The notes: a model not told the origin generated them from the sequence alone. Positions 37,131-47,140 are shown, counted from the first letter of the stretch. The stretch is DNA of 64,000 nucleotides from Faecousia sp. (GCA_045596405.1 JAZOCJ010000036.1:1821-65820); one strand, 5' to 3'. Translations and numbers: made by a program.

Positions 37131-37184
37131 TCTACTGTAGTAGAGGTTTGCTATAATTCTACTCCAGTAGAGGAAAAATGTCAA
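37131..37184 (-). promoter_or_regulatory. blaI-like promoter with two operator palindromes
   Basis: TTGACA-17bp-TAGAAT on the minus strand; TCTACT-N2-AGTAGA at 37131-37144 and 37158-37171. Confidence 0.75.
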
Positions 37185-37312
37185 TAGGTTTTTCGTATTT
37201 TTATAAAGTATAATTCCACCCTATGAGAAGCGGAATCGTTCGGGGACTGATCAAATAAAAAATGTGGGTGTTGCAGTTATAGGCAACACCCACAAATTTA
37301 TATAGCGCAGAA

Positions 37313-37337
37313 CGGAGGGGGCAAGCCCCCGCCCTAC
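37313..37337 (-). repeat. REP (RAYT-flanking type)
   Basis: CGGAGGGGGCAAGCCCCCGCCCTAC. Confidence 0.85.
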
Positions 37338-37344
37338 ATAGTAT

Positions 37345-37785
37345 TTATTTTTCCAGAGCCATTACTTTGTCGATCCGGCGTTGGTGGCGGGCATCCCCGG
37401 AGAATTCCGTTCCCAGCCAGGTGTCCACGATCTGGAACGCCAGAAGCTGTCCTACCACACCGGCGCCCAGCGCCATCATATTGGTATCGTTATGCTCCCG
37501 GGTCATCCGCGCGGACATCACATCCGACAGCAGAGCGCAGCGGATGCCGTCTACCTTATTGGCGGCAATGGATACGCCGATACCGGTGGTACAGAGGACG
37601 ATACCTCTGTCGCAGTCGCCCCGAGCCACAGCCTTTGCTGCCTGGGCGGCAAAATCGGGGTAGTCGCAGCTGTCTAAAGTGTATGTGCCGAAGTCCTCTA
37701 CGGCATAGCCTTGCTGGGAAAGGCGCGCTACCAGGGCGTTTTTCAGCTCCAGTGCGCCGTGGTCACAGCCGATTGCAATTTTCAT
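37345..37785 (-). CDS. rpiB: Ribose-5-phosphate isomerase B
   Basis: IAIGCDHG, DYPD, CTTGIG, ANKVDGIR, HNDTN, RHQRR; start at MKIAIG. Confidence 0.96.
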   Translation of the reverse strand: MKIAIGCDHGALELKNALVARLSQQGYAVEDFGTYTLDSCDYPDFAAQAAKAVARGDCDRGIVLCTTGIGVSIAANKVDGIRCALLSDVMSARMTREHNDTNMMALGAGVVGQLLAFQIVDTWLGTEFSGDARHQRRIDKVMALEK

Positions 37786-37796
37786 TTCGTTTCCTC

Positions 37797-38495
37797 CTAT
37801 ATTACATAGCCGCCGTTGACGGCAAGTACCTGCCCGGTCACGAAGGGGGCATCTGCAAGATACAAAAATGCCTGCGCCACATCCTCCGGTGTTCCGTTTC
37901 GTCCCACAGGGGTCTCCTGCCGGAGCGACTCCATAGTTTCCGGTGAGACATTGGCGCACATATCGGTGTCAATCACACCGGGGGCGACGCAGTTGACACG
38001 GATGCCGGCAGGTCCTAACTCCTGTGCCAGCGCCTTGGTCATAGCAATCACTGCGCCCTTGGTAGCCGAGTAGGCTGCCTCACAGGAAGCACCTACTTGT
38101 CCCCACATAGAGCTGACGGTGATGATCGATCCCGACTGCTTCTGCAGAAAGGCGGGTATCGCGGCGCTGACGCAGTTGTAGATGCCCTTGACATTCACAT
38201 CAAACAGCCTGTCCCATTGATCCTCCGGCAGCTGGTGCAGTAGACCTGTGTGGCAGATCCCGGCGTTGCAGATGAGAACATCTACATTCCCGATCTGAGA
38301 AAAGGCTTCTTCCACCGCAGAGCGGTCTGCCACATCGCAGCAGATGGCGCCTGCTCCGGCCTTTGCGCAGACGGCATTTGCCTTTTCGTGGCTTTTTTCG
38401 TACAGGAAGATCACCCGGTCGCCCCGGGCGGCAAAGGCTTCTACAGCGGCAGCCCCGGTGCCCCGGGGGCCGCCGGTGATCACTACGGTCTTCAT
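37797..38495 (-). CDS. FabG-like short-chain dehydrogenase
   Basis: TGGPRGTG, NAG, YSATK, NCVAPG, VNGG. Confidence 0.9.
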   Translation of the reverse strand: MKTVVITGGPRGTGAAAVEAFAARGDRVIFLYEKSHEKANAVCAKAGAGAICCDVADRSAVEEAFSQIGNVDVLICNAGICHTGLLHQLPEDQWDRLFDVNVKGIYNCVSAAIPAFLQKQSGSIITVSSMWGQVGASCEAAYSATKGAVIAMTKALAQELGPAGIRVNCVAPGVIDTDMCANVSPETMESLRQETPVGRNGTPEDVAQAFLYLADAPFVTGQVLAVNGGYVI

Positions 38496-38515
38496 ACAGA
38501 CCCTCCTAAGAATAA

Positions 38516-38543
38516 GCAGGGCGGGGGCAAGCCCCCGCCCTAC
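38516..38543. repeat. REP (RAYT-flanking type)
   Basis: GCAGGGCGGGGGCAAGCCCCCGCCCTAC. Confidence 0.85.
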
Positions 38544-38553
38544 GGAAATATTA

Positions 38554-39000
38554 TTATCTACGGCGGCTTTTGGTGCGGTGGTCGGAATACTGCCGGATGG
38601 AGGAGATCTTGCTGTCGGACTCGCTCATAAACTGCTTCAGCTTTTCCTCAAAAAGCTGATCCGCGGTCTTGGGCGCGGGAGGCGGCGTAGGTGCCGGTCT
38701 GCCTGCGGCGGGTCTCCGGGGAGCGTTGCCGCGGAAGCCGGGTCGGCCGTTCTCTTCTCCTTTCGCCTTGACCTCCAGCCGCTTGATGGAAAGATTGATC
38801 TTGCCGCCGTCAACGGCGATGACCATAACCTTTACATCCTGTCCCTCGGTCAGATGCTGACGGATGTCGCTGACATAGGTGCTGGAAATTTCCGAGATAT
38901 GTACCATACCGGTTTTGTTTTCAGGAAGAGAGATGAATGCGCCATAATTGGTGATCGACTTGACCTTGCCCTCAAGAATGGCTCCGACGGTGAACTCCAT
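38554..39000 (-). CDS. yabR: S1 RNA-binding domain protein
   Basis: GKVKSITNYGAFI..GMVHISEIS..INLSIK..FEEKLKQFMSES; follows divIC. Confidence 0.88.
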   Translation of the reverse strand: MEFTVGAILEGKVKSITNYGAFISLPENKTGMVHISEISSTYVSDIRQHLTEGQDVKVMVIAVDGGKINLSIKRLEVKAKGEENGRPGFRGNAPRRPAAGRPAPTPPPAPKTADQLFEEKLKQFMSESDSKISSIRQYSDHRTKSRRR

Positions 39001-39034
39001 ATTTGCTGTGTTTCCTCCAATTTACTGTGGGATA

Positions 39035-39346
39035 TTATTTGCCGGGCAGAAAGATGATAGCATCCGGGGATACAAGCCCCAGCTTCTCCGCGGCGATATA
39101 CAATACGCTTTGCACTGTGCCCAGTTCATCGATGCGCTCGGCCAGCTCCGCGTTTTCCTGCTTTAGCATAGCGCCTTCCTGACGCAGGGTGTCCTTGATC
39201 TGCTGGAATTCCAGAATGGCGCTGCGCAGCACCATCAGGCAGATCGTAGACAATATGATGGCTGCGATCACCACGCACTTGAGCAGTGTGGAACTGGGAC
39301 GGTATACCAGCTTGATCCGGCTGAAGAAGGGTCTCTTGGCTGCCAT
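39035..39346 (-). CDS. divIC: Septum formation initiator (FtsB/DivIC family)
   Basis: TM helix plus coiled coil and AAEKLGLVSPD; yabP-yabQ-divIC-yabR order. Confidence 0.8.
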   Translation of the reverse strand: MAAKRPFFSRIKLVYRPSSTLLKCVVIAAIILSTICLMVLRSAILEFQQIKDTLRQEGAMLKQENAELAERIDELGTVQSVLYIAAEKLGLVSPDAIIFLPGK

Positions 39347-39791
39347 AATGTTCGCCTCCGGTCTTCCGCCTGTGATGTGGACGGTTATTCCACATTATTG
39401 TACCTGCTTTTTTTGTAAATGCCAAGAGAAATTTTGCAAATTTGCGCAGTTTTTTCAAAAAAATTTTTCCGGGGAACAGGATGGAAACAAAAATCCGGCG
39501 AAGGAAAAACCAGAATCCGGAAAAAACAGGGCGCAGAAGCCGTCCCACGGTCAGCTCCCAGACAAAGCCGCCCAGCACCAGACCAGCGTTATACCCCAGC
39601 CGAAGATCGCCCTGACAGACGGCGAAGCTTAGGTAAAGCCATACCCAGCCTGCCCCCAGAAGAAACAGTCCGTCGGCTAAGGTCGTCCGTCTGGGGCGCA
39701 GAGGGCGGAGAAAGCCGTAGAGCAGTCCCAGCCCCAACCCCAGCAGGCAAGCGGTGAGAAACCGCCGGATCTCCAGCGCCGGGGAGATCAT
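39126..39791 (-). CDS. yabQ: Spore cortex protein YabQ-like (3' end overlaps divIC by ~220 bp; true end uncertain)
   Basis: LGLLYGFLR..DGLF..GDLR TM pattern; directly after yabP. Confidence 0.72.
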   Translation of the reverse strand: MISPALEIRRFLTACLLGLGLGLLYGFLRPLRPRRTTLADGLFLLGAGWVWLYLSFAVCQGDLRLGYNAGLVLGGFVWELTVGRLLRPVFSGFWFFLRRIFVSILFPGKIFLKKLRKFAKFLLAFTKKAGTIMWNNRPHHRRKTGGEHYGSQETLLQPDQAGIPSQFHTAQVRGDRSHHIVYDLPDGAAQRHSGIPADQGHPASGRRYAKAGKRGAGRAHR

Positions 39792-40060
39792 CCGAACAGA
39801 CGGCGCAGCAGTCCCCGGTCGGCTCTGGTCTCCTCGTAAACCAAAGCGGAGATGCTCCCATCCACTGCGACTTGTCCCCCATCAAGGGATAATGTTTTCA
39901 ATTGCAGCTCCCGTCCCTGTACCACCAATGTCCCCAGACAGGTGCGCAGGATCACTGCGCTGTCATCAAAGCTGACTACCTCCGTCACCCCGGTCATGGT
40001 CAGCGCTTTCCGTTCGTTCAGGCTCAGCTTGTGGGGCAGCTGTATCTGCTCCTGTGCCAT
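39788..40060 (-). CDS. yabP: Sporulation protein YabP
   Basis: HKLSLNERK..TGVTEVVSFD..LVVQG..VDGSISALVY. Confidence 0.93.
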   Translation of the reverse strand: MAQEQIQLPHKLSLNERKALTMTGVTEVVSFDDSAVILRTCLGTLVVQGRELQLKTLSLDGGQVAVDGSISALVYEETRADRGLLRRLFG

Positions 40061-40178
40061 GTCCATCCCTCCTTATCTGTAGGAGTGTATGCATATCGGT
40101 GTCGGTTTAGAACTGCGCGCATTGACAGCCCGGCAGTTCGGGAGTATACTGGACACAAAAGAAAGCGAGGTGGGCAGG

Positions 40179-40661
40179 ATGCTGCTGGGGAGCAGAGCCA
40201 TCGCACCGGGAACGGGGCATACAGAGGGCAGAGCCCTTCTGGCGCAGCTCTATAAGGAATACACCGGGCGGGAAATGCCGCCGGTTCTGACTACGGAGCG
40301 GGGCAAGCCCTATTTTGCGGACGGCCTGCATTTTTCCATTACCCACACGGACAGGCGTGTATTCTGCGCACTGTCGGAAAGAAATATCGGCATCGATGCG
40401 GAAGAATTGGACCGGCAGATCGACCTGCGTCTGGCAGACAAGATCCTGTCCTCCGCAGAACGGGCGCAGTACGATGCTGCCCCGGACAAGCGACTAGCGC
40501 TGCTGACCTTCTGGGTGCTGAAAGAGGCGGCTGCCAAATGCTCCGGCGAGGGTCTCCGGGGCTATCCCCGGAATACGGATTTTTCATTGGATGATGAGGC
40601 AGTGACCGTCCGGGACGGCTGTCTGCTGGCGGTGATCGAGGAGGATGACTATGCTGTTTGA
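40179..40661 (+). CDS. Sfp-type 4'-phosphopantetheinyl transferase
   Basis: GKPY, FSITH, IGIDAE, WVLKEA..K..G.GL. Confidence 0.88.
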   Translation: MLLGSRAIAPGTGHTEGRALLAQLYKEYTGREMPPVLTTERGKPYFADGLHFSITHTDRRVFCALSERNIGIDAEELDRQIDLRLADKILSSAERAQYDAAPDKRLALLTFWVLKEAAAKCSGEGLRGYPRNTDFSLDDEAVTVRDGCLLAVIEEDDYAV

Positions 40662-41415
40662 TACCCACGCACATTTGAATGACCCGGCGTTTGATCCGGA
40701 TCGGGACGCGCTGATCAAAGGACTGCCGGAAAAAGGTGTCGGTCTGGTGATGAACGCAGGCTGCAGTCTGGAAAGCTCCCGGGACTGCATCGCTCTGGCG
40801 GAAGCATACCCCTTTGTTTATGCATCCGTGGGAACACACCCGGATGCCGCGGACGAAGTAAATGACGCCGTTCTGGAAGAGTACAGGATGTTATGTAAAC
40901 ACGATAAGGTGAAAGCCATCGGTGAGATCGGTGTAGACTATTATTATGAGACCATCCCCAGGGAGATCCAGCTTCGGGCGTTCCGGATGCAGATGGCGCT
41001 TGCCCGGGAGGTTGACCTGCCGGTAATCATCCACGAGCGTAATGCCCACGATGACGGCATGCGGGTTGTCAAGGAGTTCAAGGATGTGACCGGTGTGTTC
41101 CACTGCTATTCCGGTTCAGCGGAGATGGCGCGGCAGCTGGTGGATATGGGCTGGTATATCGGCTTCACCGGGGTGCTGACGTTCAAAAACGCCCGGAAAG
41201 CGGTGGAGACGGCAGAGCGCATCCCTTTGGATCGTATCGTGCTGGAAACGGACTGTCCCTTTATGGCGCCGGAGCCTTTCCGGGGGAAGCGGAACGACCC
41301 GGGATATTTGTACCGTATGGCAGAGCGCCTGGCGGAGATCCGGGGCATCTCGGTGGACGAGGTACACAGGATCACCACAGAAAACGCCAAACGGCTGTAT
41401 CGGATAGAAGAATGA
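40651..41415 (+). CDS. tatD: TatD-family nuclease
   Basis: FDTHAH, GTHP, IGEIGVDY, HER, HCYSG, LETDCPF. Confidence 0.96.
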   Translation: MLFDTHAHLNDPAFDPDRDALIKGLPEKGVGLVMNAGCSLESSRDCIALAEAYPFVYASVGTHPDAADEVNDAVLEEYRMLCKHDKVKAIGEIGVDYYYETIPREIQLRAFRMQMALAREVDLPVIIHERNAHDDGMRVVKEFKDVTGVFHCYSGSAEMARQLVDMGWYIGFTGVLTFKNARKAVETAERIPLDRIVLETDCPFMAPEPFRGKRNDPGYLYRMAERLAEIRGISVDEVHRITTENAKRLYRIEE

Positions 41416-41447
41416 GGAATCCCTCCCCGGCCGGGGAGGGATTCCTT

Positions 41448-42350
41448 TTATATATCGGCGTACCAGTGGTTGTTTTCCGCGGTGGGCTGGGTGCGGAAGC
41501 CTTTGACCAGCCCTTCGCAAAAGCCCCAGACCGGAGGCTCCAGCCATTTGTCGTAGAGGATGCACATATACAGCGCCTGATGCCAGTTTTGCAGAGGAAC
41601 GAATGCCACATCCTCCCGGGGCTGCACACAGCTCTCCGGCAGGAAGCAGAAGCCGAAGCCTGCACTGACCAGGCTTAAGGCGGTCTGGGCGGTGTTTACG
41701 GCGCAGACAGTTTTTTCTTCCCCGCCGGCAGCCCATTGCTCAAAGGTGTTGTCCACATCGTAGTGGAAGGCGATCTGGGGCTGTCCCTGCAGGTCTTGAT
41801 AGACAAGACTTGTTCGGGAGGCGTATGGATGGTTTGCGGGCAGTGCCACATAAAAATTCTGCTGGCACAGTTTTCGGAAGTGCAGACTTCTGTCCCGGTT
41901 GGTGGTGTCCACCAGTGCCATATCCAGTTTTTCCTGCCGCACCATATCCATCAGGCTTTCGGCGGAGCTTTCGGTCAGCTGGAATCGGATCCGGGGATTT
42001 TGCCGGGTACATTCGGTGATCTCCTGCGCCACCAAGCCGTCCAGCGAGCCGGAGACCAAGCCCAGCCGGATCACCACCGGGGCGCTGACCTTACTGTCGT
42101 GCAGGGTCTGGGAGGCTTGATTCAGCTGCTGCAGGGCGGCGTCCACCTGCTCCCGGTAGTACCGCCCCTCCTCGGTGAGCCGGATGTTTCTGCCCACCTT
42201 TTCAAACAGCTTTACACCGCCCAGCTCGTCCTCCAGATTGTGGATGGCGCTGCTTAAGCTGGGCTGGGAGATGCCCAGCCGGGCGGCGGCAAGGGTATAG
42301 TGCTCCACTTGGGCAAGGACAGAAAAGTATCGCAGGTAGTTGTAGTTCAT
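41448..42350 (-). CDS. LysR-family regulator divergent from the tig-like/fhs operon
   Basis: HYTLAAARLGISQPSLSSAIHNLE; upstream palindrome ATAG-N7-CTAT. Confidence 0.95.
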   Translation of the reverse strand: MNYNYLRYFSVLAQVEHYTLAAARLGISQPSLSSAIHNLEDELGGVKLFEKVGRNIRLTEEGRYYREQVDAALQQLNQASQTLHDSKVSAPVVIRLGLVSGSLDGLVAQEITECTRQNPRIRFQLTESSAESLMDMVRQEKLDMALVDTTNRDRSLHFRKLCQQNFYVALPANHPYASRTSLVYQDLQGQPQIAFHYDVDNTFEQWAAGGEEKTVCAVNTAQTALSLVSAGFGFCFLPESCVQPREDVAFVPLQNWHQALYMCILYDKWLEPPVWGFCEGLVKGFRTQPTAENNHWYADI

Positions 42351-42526
42351 AGGGCACCTCGAAATCTATAGATATAAACTATAAATAAAATATCACAACT
42401 ATATTGGTTTTTGCAAGAAAAATTTGTATAATTCCTTTGTGCTTGGCGAAACGCCAAAAGAAAGATTGCGATATATCTGAACTTGTGCTACAATATTAAG
42501 GATATATTGCAAGGAGAAAGATACCT

Positions 42527-43474
42527 ATGTTTACTTACAAGGGCTTGAAAGCCAAACTGGACAAGCATATCGTTACGGATGAGGAAGTGGACCGCAACCT
42601 GCAGCGGCTGCTGCAGCAGAATCCCCGGATCGTAGAGATCGAGGACCGTCCCACAGAGAACGGCGACGAGGTAGTTCTTAACTACGCAGGCTTCTGCGAC
42701 GGCGTACAGTTCCCCGGCGGCACTGCCGAAAACCAGACGCTGGTGCTGGGCAGCGGGATGTTCATCCCCGGCTTCGAGGAGCAGCTGCTGGATAAAGTCC
42801 CCGGCGAGGAGGTTACCGTGAAGGTCACCTTCCCGGAGCAGTATCATTCCGAAGACTTGGCAGGCAAGGAAGCCGAGTTCCGGTGCAAGATCCTGAAGAT
42901 CCGGGTCAAGACCCCCTACGATCTGGATGACACCTTTGCAAAAGAGGTGGGTCACTGCGATACCCTGGAGGAGATGCGCACCAAGCTGAAGGAAAGCTTG
43001 CAGTCCTACTCCGACGAGCGTGGAGAGATGGATCTGCAGGATCAGCTTTTGAACGAGGCTGCCAAAACGCTGGAGCTGCAGATCAGCGACGGGATGCTTG
43101 CCGATGCGGTGGAAGATCAGCTGAACAATCTGCGCGCCCAGCTTGCCCAGCAGGGTCTGTCTTTGGAAATGTACTGCCAGTTTATGAACACCACCGAGGA
43201 GAAGCTGCGGGAAGATGTAAAGCCTACCGCCGAAGCTGCCATCCGCTACCGCGCTGCCATCGACGAGATCGTGATGCTCGAGGGACTGACTGCGGAGCAG
43301 GAGGAGATCACCCAGACGCTGGTGGCGATCTGCCGGCAGAACAATATCACGATGGAAGACCTTAAGCAGCAGTATGATGCCGCACTGGAGCAGGCAGTTA
43401 TTAACAGTGTCCTTACCGGCAAGGTGATGCGTCTCATTCGGGATGCCGCCGTTGTCGAGGAATCAATTAGTTAA
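42527..43474 (+). CDS. Trigger-factor paralogue lacking the N-terminal ribosome-binding domain
   Basis: Starts at YKGL; FKBP domain [24 protein letters not shown]; C-terminal chaperone domain; no GFRxGK motif; own AAGGAG RBS. Confidence 0.85.
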   Translation: MFTYKGLKAKLDKHIVTDEEVDRNLQRLLQQNPRIVEIEDRPTENGDEVVLNYAGFCDGVQFPGGTAENQTLVLGSGMFIPGFEEQLLDKVPGEEVTVKVTFPEQYHSEDLAGKEAEFRCKILKIRVKTPYDLDDTFAKEVGHCDTLEEMRTKLKESLQSYSDERGEMDLQDQLLNEAAKTLELQISDGMLADAVEDQLNNLRAQLAQQGLSLEMYCQFMNTTEEKLREDVKPTAEAAIRYRAAIDEIVMLEGLTAEQEEITQTLVAICRQNNITMEDLKQQYDAALEQAVINSVLTGKVMRLIRDAAVVEESIS

Positions 43475-43517
43475 TCATTGTGTCGCAAGACACCAAACAT
43501 TAAGGAGGAAACATAGT

Positions 43518-45329
43518 ATGGCAATCGTTTTTGACGAAAATGGCAAGTATGTGGACGAAAAGGGTCTGGTAAAGCTGGATCCCACCAAGTTCGCTGACTG
43601 GCAGATCGCTGAGGAAGCAGAGAAGACTCTGCCCCCCGTCGATTTCTTCCGGGAGAAGCTGGGTCTGCTGCCCGAGGAGATCATCCCCTACGGCAAGACT
43701 CCCAAGATCGACTTCATTAAGGTTATGAACCGTCTGAAGGATAAGCCCGACGGCAAGTTCATTGAAGTTACCGCTGTGACTCCCACCCCCTTCGGTGAGG
43801 GTAAGTCCACCGTTTCCCTGGGCCTGATCGAGGGTCTGGGCTACATCGGCAAGAATGCCGGCGGCGCTCTGCGTCAGCCCTCCGGCGGTCCTACCATGAA
43901 CGTTAAGGGTACTGCTGCCGGCGGCGGTAATGCGCTGCTGATGCCCATGACCGAGTTCTCTCTGGGTCTGACCGGCGACATCAACGACATTATGAACGCC
44001 CACAACCTGGCAATGGTCGCTTTGACTGCCCGTATGCAGCACGAGCGCAACAACACCGACGAGTGGCTGGCCAAGAAGGGCCTGAAGCGTCTGGACATCG
44101 ACCCCAAGCGTGTGGAGATGGGCTGGATCATCGACTTCTGCGCACAGTCCCTGCGTAACATCATCATCGGTATCGGCGGTCGTCTGGACGGCTTCATGAT
44201 GGAGTCCAAGTTCGGCATCGCTGTTGGCTCCGAGCTGATGGCTATCCTGGCTGTTGCCAAGGATCTGAAGGATCTGCGTGAGCGTATCGGCAAGATCGTT
44301 GTGGCATACTCCCGCACCGGTGCGCCTGTTACCTGTGAGGATCTGGACGTTGCCGGCGCTATGGCTGCCTGGATGCGTAACGCCATCAACCCCACTATGT
44401 GCTACTCCGTGGAGCATCAGCCTGTGCTGATCCACGCCGGTCCTTTCGCAAACATCGCTATCGGTCAGTCCTCTGTTATCGCAGACCGTCTGGCTCTGAA
44501 GCTGTTTGATTACCATGTCACCGAGTCCGGCTTCGCTGCCGACATCGGCTTCGAGAAGTTCTGGAACGTTAAGACTAGACTTTCCGGTCTGACTCCCAAC
44601 GTCTCCGTTCTGGTCGCTACTGTCCGTTCCTTGAAGATGCACGGCGGCGGTCCTAAGGTCACTCCCGGCGCACCCCTGCCCAAGGAGTACAAGGAAGAGA
44701 ACCTGGAGCTGCTGGAGAAGGGTACTTGCAACCTGTTCCACCACGTCAACACCATCAAGAAGTCCGGTATCAACCCCGTGGTCTGCATCAACCGCTTCTA
44801 CACCGATACCGACGCTGAGATCGCTCTGCTGAAGAAGATGTGTGCTGAGCGCGGTGTCCGCTGCGCTGAGTCCAACCACTGGCGTTACGGCGGCGAGGGC
44901 GCTGCTGAGCTGGCTCGCGTGGTCGTTGAGGCTTGTGAGGATCCCGTGGAAGTCAAGTTCCTGTACGATCTGGAGATGCCCCTGCGTCAGCGCGTTGAGC
45001 TGATCGCTAAGGAAGTCTACGGTGCTGACGGCGTTATCTGGCAGCCCCTGGCTGTGGAGAAGGCCGAGCGCTTTGAGTCCGATCCCAAGTACGCTGACTA
45101 CTGCACCATGATGGTTAAGACCCACCTGTCCCTCAGTGACGATCCCACCAAGAAGGGCGTGCCCACCGGCTGGAAGCTGACCATCCGTGACATTCTGGAG
45201 TACGGCGGCGCTAAGTTCCTGTGCCCCATGGCAGGTACGATCTCCATGATGCCCGGTACTGCTGCTGACCCCGCATACCGCCGCGTGGACATCGACACCG
45301 AGACCGGCAAGGTTAGCGGTCTGTTCTAA
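43518..45329 (+). CDS. fhs: Formate--tetrahydrofolate ligase
   Basis: [39 protein letters not shown]; codon usage typical of highly expressed genes. Confidence 0.98.
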   Translation: MAIVFDENGKYVDEKGLVKLDPTKFADWQIAEEAEKTLPPVDFFREKLGLLPEEIIPYGKTPKIDFIKVMNRLKDKPDGKFIEVTAVTPTPFGEGKSTVSLGLIEGLGYIGKNAGGALRQPSGGPTMNVKGTAAGGGNALLMPMTEFSLGLTGDINDIMNAHNLAMVALTARMQHERNNTDEWLAKKGLKRLDIDPKRVEMGWIIDFCAQSLRNIIIGIGGRLDGFMMESKFGIAVGSELMAILAVAKDLKDLRERIGKIVVAYSRTGAPVTCEDLDVAGAMAAWMRNAINPTMCYSVEHQPVLIHAGPFANIAIGQSSVIADRLALKLFDYHVTESGFAADIGFEKFWNVKTRLSGLTPNVSVLVATVRSLKMHGGGPKVTPGAPLPKEYKEENLELLEKGTCNLFHHVNTIKKSGINPVVCINRFYTDTDAEIALLKKMCAERGVRCAESNHWRYGGEGAAELARVVVEACEDPVEVKFLYDLEMPLRQRVELIAKEVYGADGVIWQPLAVEKAERFESDPKYADYCTMMVKTHLSLSDDPTKKGVPTGWKLTIRDILEYGGAKFLCPMAGTISMMPGTAADPAYRRVDIDTETGKVSGLF

Positions 45330-45416
45330 TTCCTATGATCCCCAAGGCACAGGCGGCAAAATCGCCTGTGCCTTGCGTGGCGCTTATTACAATTTCTATT
45401 GGAAGGAAAATACACT

Positions 45417-46037
45417 ATGGATATGACACTGGAATCCTGCCGTAAGTTCGTGGAAGTGCTGGCCTCCGATGCCCCCGCCCCCGGTGGCGGCGGTGCAGCA
45501 GCTCTGGTGGGTGCTATCGGCACTGCTCTGGGCAATATGGTGGGCAGCCTGACTGTAGGCAAGAAGAAATATGCCGATGTGGAGGCAGAGATCATTGCCC
45601 TGAAGGCAAAGTGCGATGCACTGCAGACGGAGCTTCTGGATCAGGTAGAGGCGGACGAAATTAACTTCCTGCCCCTTGCCAAGGCTTACGGCATTCCCAA
45701 GGACGATCCCAACCGGGATGCGGTTATGGAGGAGGCCACCATTATCGCCTGCCCCACTCCCATGAAGATTATGGAGCTGTGCTGCCAGGCGATTGAATAC
45801 ATCAAGGTCTTTGCTGATAAGGGCAGCCGCCTGGCAGTTTCCGATGCCGGCTGCGGCGCAGTGATCTGCAAAGCGGCTTTGCAGGCAGCATCCTTAAATG
45901 TGTTTATCAACACCAAGAGCTTGAAAAACCGTGAAGTTGCTGAGGAAATGAACGCCAAGGCGCTGGGAATGCTCAGCAAGTACGGCGCAATGGCAGACGA
46001 GATCTTCAATACTGTCAAGGCCGGCTTTGGTGTCTAA
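45417..46037 (+). CDS. fchA: Cyclodeaminase/cyclohydrolase (FTCD C-terminal family)
   Basis: APAPGGG, MVGSLT.GK, AVSDAG, NVFIN. Confidence 0.88.
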   Translation: MDMTLESCRKFVEVLASDAPAPGGGGAAALVGAIGTALGNMVGSLTVGKKKYADVEAEIIALKAKCDALQTELLDQVEADEINFLPLAKAYGIPKDDPNRDAVMEEATIIACPTPMKIMELCCQAIEYIKVFADKGSRLAVSDAGCGAVICKAALQAASLNVFINTKSLKNREVAEEMNAKALGMLSKYGAMADEIFNTVKAGFGV

Positions 46038-46061
46038 ACGCAGGCAATTTGAAGTGATACT

Positions 46062-46109
46062 GTAGGGGCGACCTGTGGTCGCCCGCGGGCGAACGCAGTT
46101 CGCCCCTAC
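46062..46109. repeat. REP doublet inside the fchA-folD spacer
   Basis: GTAGGGGCGACCTGTGGTCGCCCG-CGGGCGAACGCAGTTCGCCCCTAC. Confidence 0.85.
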
Positions 46110-46136
46110 CAGGTTTTATTAGGAGGAACATAGATT

Positions 46137-47009
46137 ATGGCAAAGCTTTTGCTGGGTAAAGAAGTCAACGAGGCACTGGTTGCCGCACTGCAGACCCGTA
46201 CTGCTGCCCTGAAGGAAAAGGGCGTCACCCCCACTCTGGGCATCATCCGCCTGGGTGAGAACCCCTCTGACCTGTCCTACGAAAAGGGCGCTACCAAGCG
46301 CGCCGAGGAAGTGGGCGTGGCGGTTAAGAATTACATCCTGCCCGAGGATGCTTCCAAGGAAGATGTGCTGAAGGTCATCGACGAAGTCAACGCCGACGAT
46401 TCCGTCCACGGCGTGCTGATGTTCCGTCCCCTGCCCAAGCACCTGAAAAATGATCAGGACGAGATCTGCAACCGTCTTGCACCCAAGAAGGATGTGGTCT
46501 CTATGACCCATATGTCCAATGCAGGTGTGTTTGAGGGACAGGATCTGGGCTATGCCCCCTGTACACCCGCTGCTTGTATGGAGATCCTGGACTACTACGG
46601 CATCGACTGCAAGGGCAAGAATGCAGTGGTCATCGGTCGAAGCCTGGTGGTGGGCAAGCCTGCCGCTATGATGCTGATGGCAAAGAACGCTACCGTCACC
46701 GTCTGCCACACCAAGACCGTGAACACCGCCGAGATCTGCAAGGGTGCGGACATTATCGTTACCCCTGCCGGTGCGCTGAACAGCCTGACTAAGGATTTCG
46801 TCCGTGAGGATCAGATCGTTATCGATGTTTCCATGAACTGGAATCCCGAGAAGATCACCTCCAAGGGCAAGGGCGGTATGTCCGGTGACTGCGTGTTCGA
46901 CGAGGTCGAGCCCATCGTTGGCGCTATCACTCCCGTTCCCGGCGGCGTGGGCGCTGTTACCACCACCGTGCTGATGAAGCACGTGGTCGAGGCTGCCGAA
47001 AAGATCTGA
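46137..47009 (+). CDS. folD: Methylene-THF dehydrogenase/cyclohydrolase
   Basis: PLP, PCTP, GRSLVVGKP, ATVTVCH, TPVPGGVG. Confidence 0.96.
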   Translation: MAKLLLGKEVNEALVAALQTRTAALKEKGVTPTLGIIRLGENPSDLSYEKGATKRAEEVGVAVKNYILPEDASKEDVLKVIDEVNADDSVHGVLMFRPLPKHLKNDQDEICNRLAPKKDVVSMTHMSNAGVFEGQDLGYAPCTPAACMEILDYYGIDCKGKNAVVIGRSLVVGKPAAMMLMAKNATVTVCHTKTVNTAEICKGADIIVTPAGALNSLTKDFVREDQIVIDVSMNWNPEKITSKGKGGMSGDCVFDEVEPIVGAITPVPGGVGAVTTTVLMKHVVEAAEKI

Positions 47010-47019
47010 TTGTGAATAC

Positions 47020-47091
47020 CTCTTACATAACTGGCGAATTTGCGGAGTACCGCAGGGGAGTGTAAGAGAGAAAAAGCCGATTGCCTGGGCA
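47020..47091 (+). ncRNA. ZMP/ZTP-sensing (pfl) riboswitch aptamer
   Basis: P1 CTCTTACA/TGTAAGAG, conserved ACTGGCGAA, P2 TGCGG/CCGCA, GGGGAG, A-rich linker, P3 GCCGATTGCCTGGGCA whose GCC can pseudoknot with GGC. Confidence 0.9.
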
Positions 47092-47121
47092 GTCCGAAGG
47101 AAAGCATCGGACTGCCCTTTT
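47087..47121 (+). terminator. Riboswitch expression-platform terminator
   Basis: GGGCAGTCCGA-loop-TCGGACTGCCC-TTTT; the 5' arm overlaps aptamer P3. Confidence 0.85.
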
Positions 47122-47140
47122 GAATAATTGAGGTGTCGTT

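Noticed and set aside
39126-39346. Programmed frameshift or fusion between yabQ and divIC
   Set aside because: divIC has its own GGAGG RBS and ATG; the overlap is more simply a late yabQ stop or an indel in the homopolymer-rich stretch.
42351-42526. THF or ZTP riboswitch ahead of the fhs operon
   Set aside because: AT-rich promoter region with a LysR-type box and no aptamer consensus; the riboswitch lies after folD instead.
43500-45125. Long antisense ORFs (541 aa opposite fhs; others opposite rny, fprA, DUF2207, folD, ABC genes)
   Set aside because: Shadow frames produced by strong codon bias of the sense genes; no RBS or recognisable domains.
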